This document shows positions 60,042 through 64,000 of a stretch of 64,000 nucleotides of DNA, piece by piece. The stretch comes from Candidatus Poribacteria bacterium (GTDB lineage: Bacteria > Poribacteria > WGA-4E > PCPOR2b). The translations under genes and the position numbers were made by a program. Location: assembly GCA_965215015.1 (NCBI GenBank), contig OZ244042.1, forward strand, positions 5,600,001 through 5,664,000, in the 5' to 3' direction. The notes beneath the pieces were generated by a model. The model ran no database searches and had not been told where the DNA came from. It saw nothing but the letters and a program-made list of their open reading frames with translations. How positions within the stretch are numbered: position 1 is the first letter of the stretch; each line of letters opens with the position of its first letter.

Positions 60042-60587
60042 TGTCAGAATCTGGATTTACCAGATTCTATGATTCGCAGGAATTTTAGATGCTGCCGTTT
60101 CTATCCTGTTTATCCTTCCAGCCTCGAAATCCTGATTCAGCACACCGATTCAAATAGCCACCTTATCTCATTCAGGCATCTCCCGACACTGTCAGAATCT
60201 GGATTCACCAGATTGTATGATTCGCAGGAATTTTAGATGCTGCCGTTTCTATCCTGTTTATCCTTCCAGCCTCGAAATCCTGATTCAGCACACCGATTCA
60301 CATAGCCACCTTATCTCATTCAGGCATCTCCCGACACTGTCAGAATCTGGATTTACCAGATTCTATGATTTTCAGGAAATTGTGATGCTGCCGTTTTTAT
60401 CCTGTTTAGCCTGCCAGCCCGGAAATCCTGATTCAGCACACCGATTCACATAGCCACCTTATCTCATTCAGGCATCTCCCGCCACTGTCAGAATCTGGAT
60501 TCACCAGATTGTATGATTCGCAGGAATTTTAGATGCTGCCGTTTCTATCCTGTTTATCCTTCCAGCCTGAAAATCATGATTCAGACA
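60042..60587. repeat. Tandem array of a 148-bp unit (about 3.7 copies)
   Basis: tgtcagaatctgga starts at 60042, 60190, 60338 and 60486. Each unit has the hairpin agaatctgg-N5-ccagatt. Confidence 0.95.
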
Positions 60588-63469
60588 TTTTCCGCGCCCT
60601 CCACAATTTTGATGGTGAGCTGCTGTTGGGTGTCCCTTGTCGATAGATTCGAGTTGTAACTGATGATTGCCTCCAAAAGCGACTTTTCATCAGCCCCCTG
60701 TGGACTCATTTCAATGAGAGCTTGGATGACGGACTTAAAGAGGGCGTTCTCTCGCAGGCCATGCTCGGTGAGATAGATGTTGATTAGCGTTTTGTCGCCA
60801 GCCTGCCAGAGATTCATGATTCTGTGAACCGTGTCTATCATCGGAAGCCCTCCAGAGGGGTGAGGTTGTCCCACCCGATCGGAATTTCGATCGGTGTGTC
60901 CCAACAGGCGGAATGCACTGCCCGAGGAGGCCTCCAAAATGCCGATTCGGGCCGCTGTCAAATCGTCAAGCGATAACCCATACCCCTGCGCCAATAGGAT
61001 GCACTCGCCCACCGGTGCCTTTTCCGCACCGAAATGGTTCATGTGCATCAGGTAGTACCGGGTCCATTCGTCCAACGCTTCCGTGCTCGCGCCGTGCAGC
61101 AGCTGCCCCAACGCAAAATCAGTGACAATGCGCCGGACCTCCGTGAGAAATTCTGATACCGTGAAGGCACCACCCCCCATGCGTCGGACCTCTTTGTAGC
61201 TGGAATAGCTTTCCAATACGGACCCGATTGCCGCCCAAACGAAGTCAGGCCCTTGAATTCCCGCGTCCCAGAAATACCGCAGGCGTTCGGTGATTCGTCC
61301 CTGCATCTCGGACCTGACTTTGGTGTAATAACCGACTCGCGCACTCGTGGGACGCTTTCGGCAGACGAACCAAAGTGGCACAGCGGAGTTCATTCCCCGA
61401 ACTCGGTTTTCTGTATCAATTGGCCATGATGCGGTTACAATAAAACCTGCCCCAATAATCGCTTCCAGCAATGTTGCCCATGCGTCCGGTTCTTTGTGAG
61501 CAAAAACGATGACTAAAAGTGCATCATCAGCCAGGGCGTGATATGCTTTCTCAAAAGCTTTTGTCATACCGTGTGTGTAATATGCTTTCGCCTTATCTTC
61601 AGAGCCACCGAACCGCGCGGTATGCTGAATTAACTCTTCCTGCTTTGGTACGACGGAATCAGCGGTTTGAGAATCAAGTGTTTCTGGAATAAATCCATTT
61701 CTTTTGTTCCAGACGAAAAAAAAGTCGGAGGTATCCGCATAAGGAATCATATCGTAGTATGGGGGATCTGTTACGATTAAATCCACGTTAGACGGAAATG
61801 TGGTCTTAAGGACATCTTCGCAATTTACCAACGGTAGGGGGGCACCGATATGTGGCCAGTAAAATAAGCGAGACAATACTCGACTCTGCAATGTTCGATG
61901 GCTCTGATATGAACTAACCGATTCGCCAACCGTGTTTGTTTCAACGTAATCCCAAGTAATTGGAATCCTTGCAGCGACAAACAAGGGACCAACCCCTTCA
62001 ACATTCGGTCGCCATTTTGTACCAGTACAATTGTACTCCGCGACTTTGTTAACCAGAAGTGCGAGGTATGCCGATACTGCTTCGATCCACTCCGATGAAT
62101 AGCTGAACCTCTCCATCTTTCCCCGCGCTGCTCGGGTCCATTTCACAAATGTCATCAACGCCAACAACTGCCGGGATGTGAACAGATCCGACCATTTCTT
62201 AAAGCCGTAGAGTGGAACACGAAATCCAAGTGTTTCAGGTCCGGGTATTGGTTCATCGGGTATCCCGTGCGGAATCTGATCTGCAAGCGTCCCCAATGTT
62301 TCTTCTGACACCTCCGCTGCGTCAATCTCCGCCTGTGTGGGTGGACGATATTCTTTGCCATATTCCTCTTGATAAATGACCGTTGTCATCTGTGCCTTGA
62401 GTTTGCCCTCATGCCCGCACCGCTTAATGTAGGCCCCCGGCTGCTGTGAACCACAAAATGGACAGGTCGCTGTCGCACGAGACATCGTGGGATCCTCAAC
62501 ATCGTATGTGTCTTTCGGCACGACAACCTGAAATCGGACTCGCTTTGTCTCCAGATCTGGACAGAGCCTGAGCGCGCGCCTGCTATTGATGATGACTTTG
62601 GTCTGATTTTTCGTCGTTTTGAGTCGGAGAAAGTCAGGCCGCTTTCGATTTTTGGGGGTGTCATCAAGGGTTTTCTCCTCCTTCTTGCAGACCCACAGCG
62701 TCTTGAGCAGCGGAATTAGGCCGCCACACCTCGGATCTTGACACGGAATCGTTCTCGCCCAGAGATAGGCGCCCGTCGGCTTGTCGTCAACTACGGGATA
62801 ATATTGATTAAGGTCGCGGCGGGCATTTTCCAAAACCCACTGCCCCCACAAGCGGACATGATCGGCAAGATCGCCCTTGTTCAAGTCGAGGTATTTATCA
62901 AGATTGAGATCCGGAGGTGGATGGGTTTTCCCGGCGAGGCGTTGTGGATATTCGAGTGTACATTTGAGAATAAACCACGCCACCGGGTTATAGTCGTTTG
63001 CTATCACCTTGCAGCCGAGCCGCATCGCCTCAAGCGGAATCGCGCCACCGCCCGCAAACATATCCATTACCTTCGGTGGATGTCCATTGTATGCTATCTG
63101 AATGAGCTCTCTGGCGATTCGCAGCGTATTGAGATACCGTCCCTTTTGGTCTTTATGGTCCCAATCACCATCCCCATTTTCATTGCCCCACCGCGTCAAC
63201 GAGCCAATCAGATAACAGAGATAGTCGCGCTGTTTGTCAGGCAACGGTGACCCGGCAAGCCGGGTGTATTCCGCCTTCATTGTTTCAGGAGCATCGGCAG
63301 GATCGGGGAGGAGTGCCGCTAGTGTTACCGCTCTACAAACAGCGAGGGGCCGTCTCGCAGGCCAATAATGCAAGCTGTTTGGCTTTCCTTGGCTAATGTA
63401 TTGTTCCATCCTTGAGTCTTTGGATACCTTTTGTAGTGGAAAAGCTTCCTCGATGAGTCTACGTGGCAT
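60581..63469 (-). CDS. DUF1156-family adenine-specific DNA methyltransferase
   Basis: Motifs LHYWPARRPL, DMFAGGGAIPLEA (motif I), CxxC pairs, TDPPYYD (motif IV) and VTASWPI.TE. Confidence 0.9.
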   Translation of the reverse strand: MPRRLIEEAFPLQKVSKDSRMEQYISQGKPNSLHYWPARRPLAVCRAVTLAALLPDPADAPETMKAEYTRLAGSPLPDKQRDYLCYLIGSLTRWGNENGDGDWDHKDQKGRYLNTLRIARELIQIAYNGHPPKVMDMFAGGGAIPLEAMRLGCKVIANDYNPVAWFILKCTLEYPQRLAGKTHPPPDLNLDKYLDLNKGDLADHVRLWGQWVLENARRDLNQYYPVVDDKPTGAYLWARTIPCQDPRCGGLIPLLKTLWVCKKEEKTLDDTPKNRKRPDFLRLKTTKNQTKVIINSRRALRLCPDLETKRVRFQVVVPKDTYDVEDPTMSRATATCPFCGSQQPGAYIKRCGHEGKLKAQMTTVIYQEEYGKEYRPPTQAEIDAAEVSEETLGTLADQIPHGIPDEPIPGPETLGFRVPLYGFKKWSDLFTSRQLLALMTFVKWTRAARGKMERFSYSSEWIEAVSAYLALLVNKVAEYNCTGTKWRPNVEGVGPLFVAARIPITWDYVETNTVGESVSSYQSHRTLQSRVLSRLFYWPHIGAPLPLVNCEDVLKTTFPSNVDLIVTDPPYYDMIPYADTSDFFFVWNKRNGFIPETLDSQTADSVVPKQEELIQHTARFGGSEDKAKAYYTHGMTKAFEKAYHALADDALLVIVFAHKEPDAWATLLEAIIGAGFIVTASWPIDTENRVRGMNSAVPLWFVCRKRPTSARVGYYTKVRSEMQGRITERLRYFWDAGIQGPDFVWAAIGSVLESYSSYKEVRRMGGGAFTVSEFLTEVRRIVTDFALGQLLHGASTEALDEWTRYYLMHMNHFGAEKAPVGECILLAQGYGLSLDDLTAARIGILEASSGSAFRLLGHTDRNSDRVGQPHPSGGLPMIDTVHRIMNLWQAGDKTLINIYLTEHGLRENALFKSVIQALIEMSPQGADEKSLLEAIISYNSNLSTRDTQQQLTIKIVEGAENV

Positions 63470-63540
63470 TTTCGTTTTTTCCTTCCTGACCTAAATTCGC
63501 GCAGTTTGTCAACAAGAACATCTTGCGTTCATGTTAGGAG

Positions 63541-63738
63541 TTACGCACTTGAGTTTATAGGCGCGCGTCCATTGCGCCCCATGTTTAAGAAATCGAAATT
63601 CACCAAGAGATCCAGATCACTGTCCGCGTGGAAATTGCCCCGCGCGTATGAACCGAAGATTTCTTTAATCTCGGCTTTATATCTACGGCGAATTTCGTCG
63701 TTCACTGCTGCGGTTGTGCTTTGAATCCTTGCGATCAT
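63541..63738 (-). pseudogene. Truncated minimal nucleotidyltransferase (MNT antitoxin-like)
   Basis: IFGSYARG...DSDLDLLV. The ORF ends in a TAGGAGTTACGCA repeat end, and no HEPN partner is present. Confidence 0.7.
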
Positions 63739-63760
63739 GACAAAACCTCTTTGATGGTTT

Positions 63761-64000
63761 CACTTACCCCCATTTTTTTAGAGGTGTCATGATAGTATAC
63801 AATTGTCAGAATCTTGATTTACCAGATTGTATGATTTTCAGGAAATTTTGATGCTGCCCTTTCTATCCTGTTTATCCTTCCATCCTGAAAATCCTGATTC
63901 AGCACACCGATTCACATAGCCTCCTTATCTAATTCAGGCATTTGCCGCCGCTGTCAGAATCCGGATTCACCAGATTCTATGATTCCCAGGAAATTTTGAT
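63761..64000. repeat. IS4-family end fragment fused to a second 148-bp array (runs off the window end)
   Basis: cacttacccccattttttt-agaggtgtcatg is followed directly by atagtatacaattgtcag. Units start at 63804 and 63952. Confidence 0.9.

Noticed and set aside
60042-60587. CRISPR array or coding repeat
   Set aside because: The 148-bp period has no spacers and is not a multiple of 3. ORFs 59982-60236 and 60217-60453 are by-products of the repeat.

Overview
This is a 64-kb bacterial chromosomal window, most likely from Candidatus Poribacteria. That is an inference from the 2312-aa secreted protein ending in a 'NYPNPFNPETWIPY...YWDGRN...TRKMLILK' domain, the three PhyH-family dioxygenases, the trypsin-TPR and FRG-TPR proteins, and the dense REP-like repeats. 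Housekeeping genes include aroA, pyrR/pyrC/carA/carB with a PyrR attenuator, moxR, ndk, a dnaJ-like gene, trxB/grx and miaA, mixed with catabolic and accessory genes. Main signals read from the sequence: (1) two split ORF pairs are single selenoprotein candidates, a peroxiredoxin-like protein (RGAY-UGA-PKD) and an AhpD-like protein (CRY-UGA), each with a SECIS-like hairpin after the UGA; (2) a 9.2-kb composite-transposon-like unit (26794-36019) is bounded by IS4-family ends and a perfect 9-bp duplication AAGGCAATT, and carries the giant surface-protein gene plus a duplicated upstream region; (3) two tandem MTase-Mrr-like genes inside the pyr operon have near-identical DNA flanks but unrelated target-recognition regions; (4) an orphan DUF1156 MTase is bracketed by IS ends plus 148-bp tandem arrays, related to a 181-bp array elsewhere in the window; (5) there are several nested families of miniature repeats. 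All calls come from reading the sequence and recognising motifs; no database searches were run.
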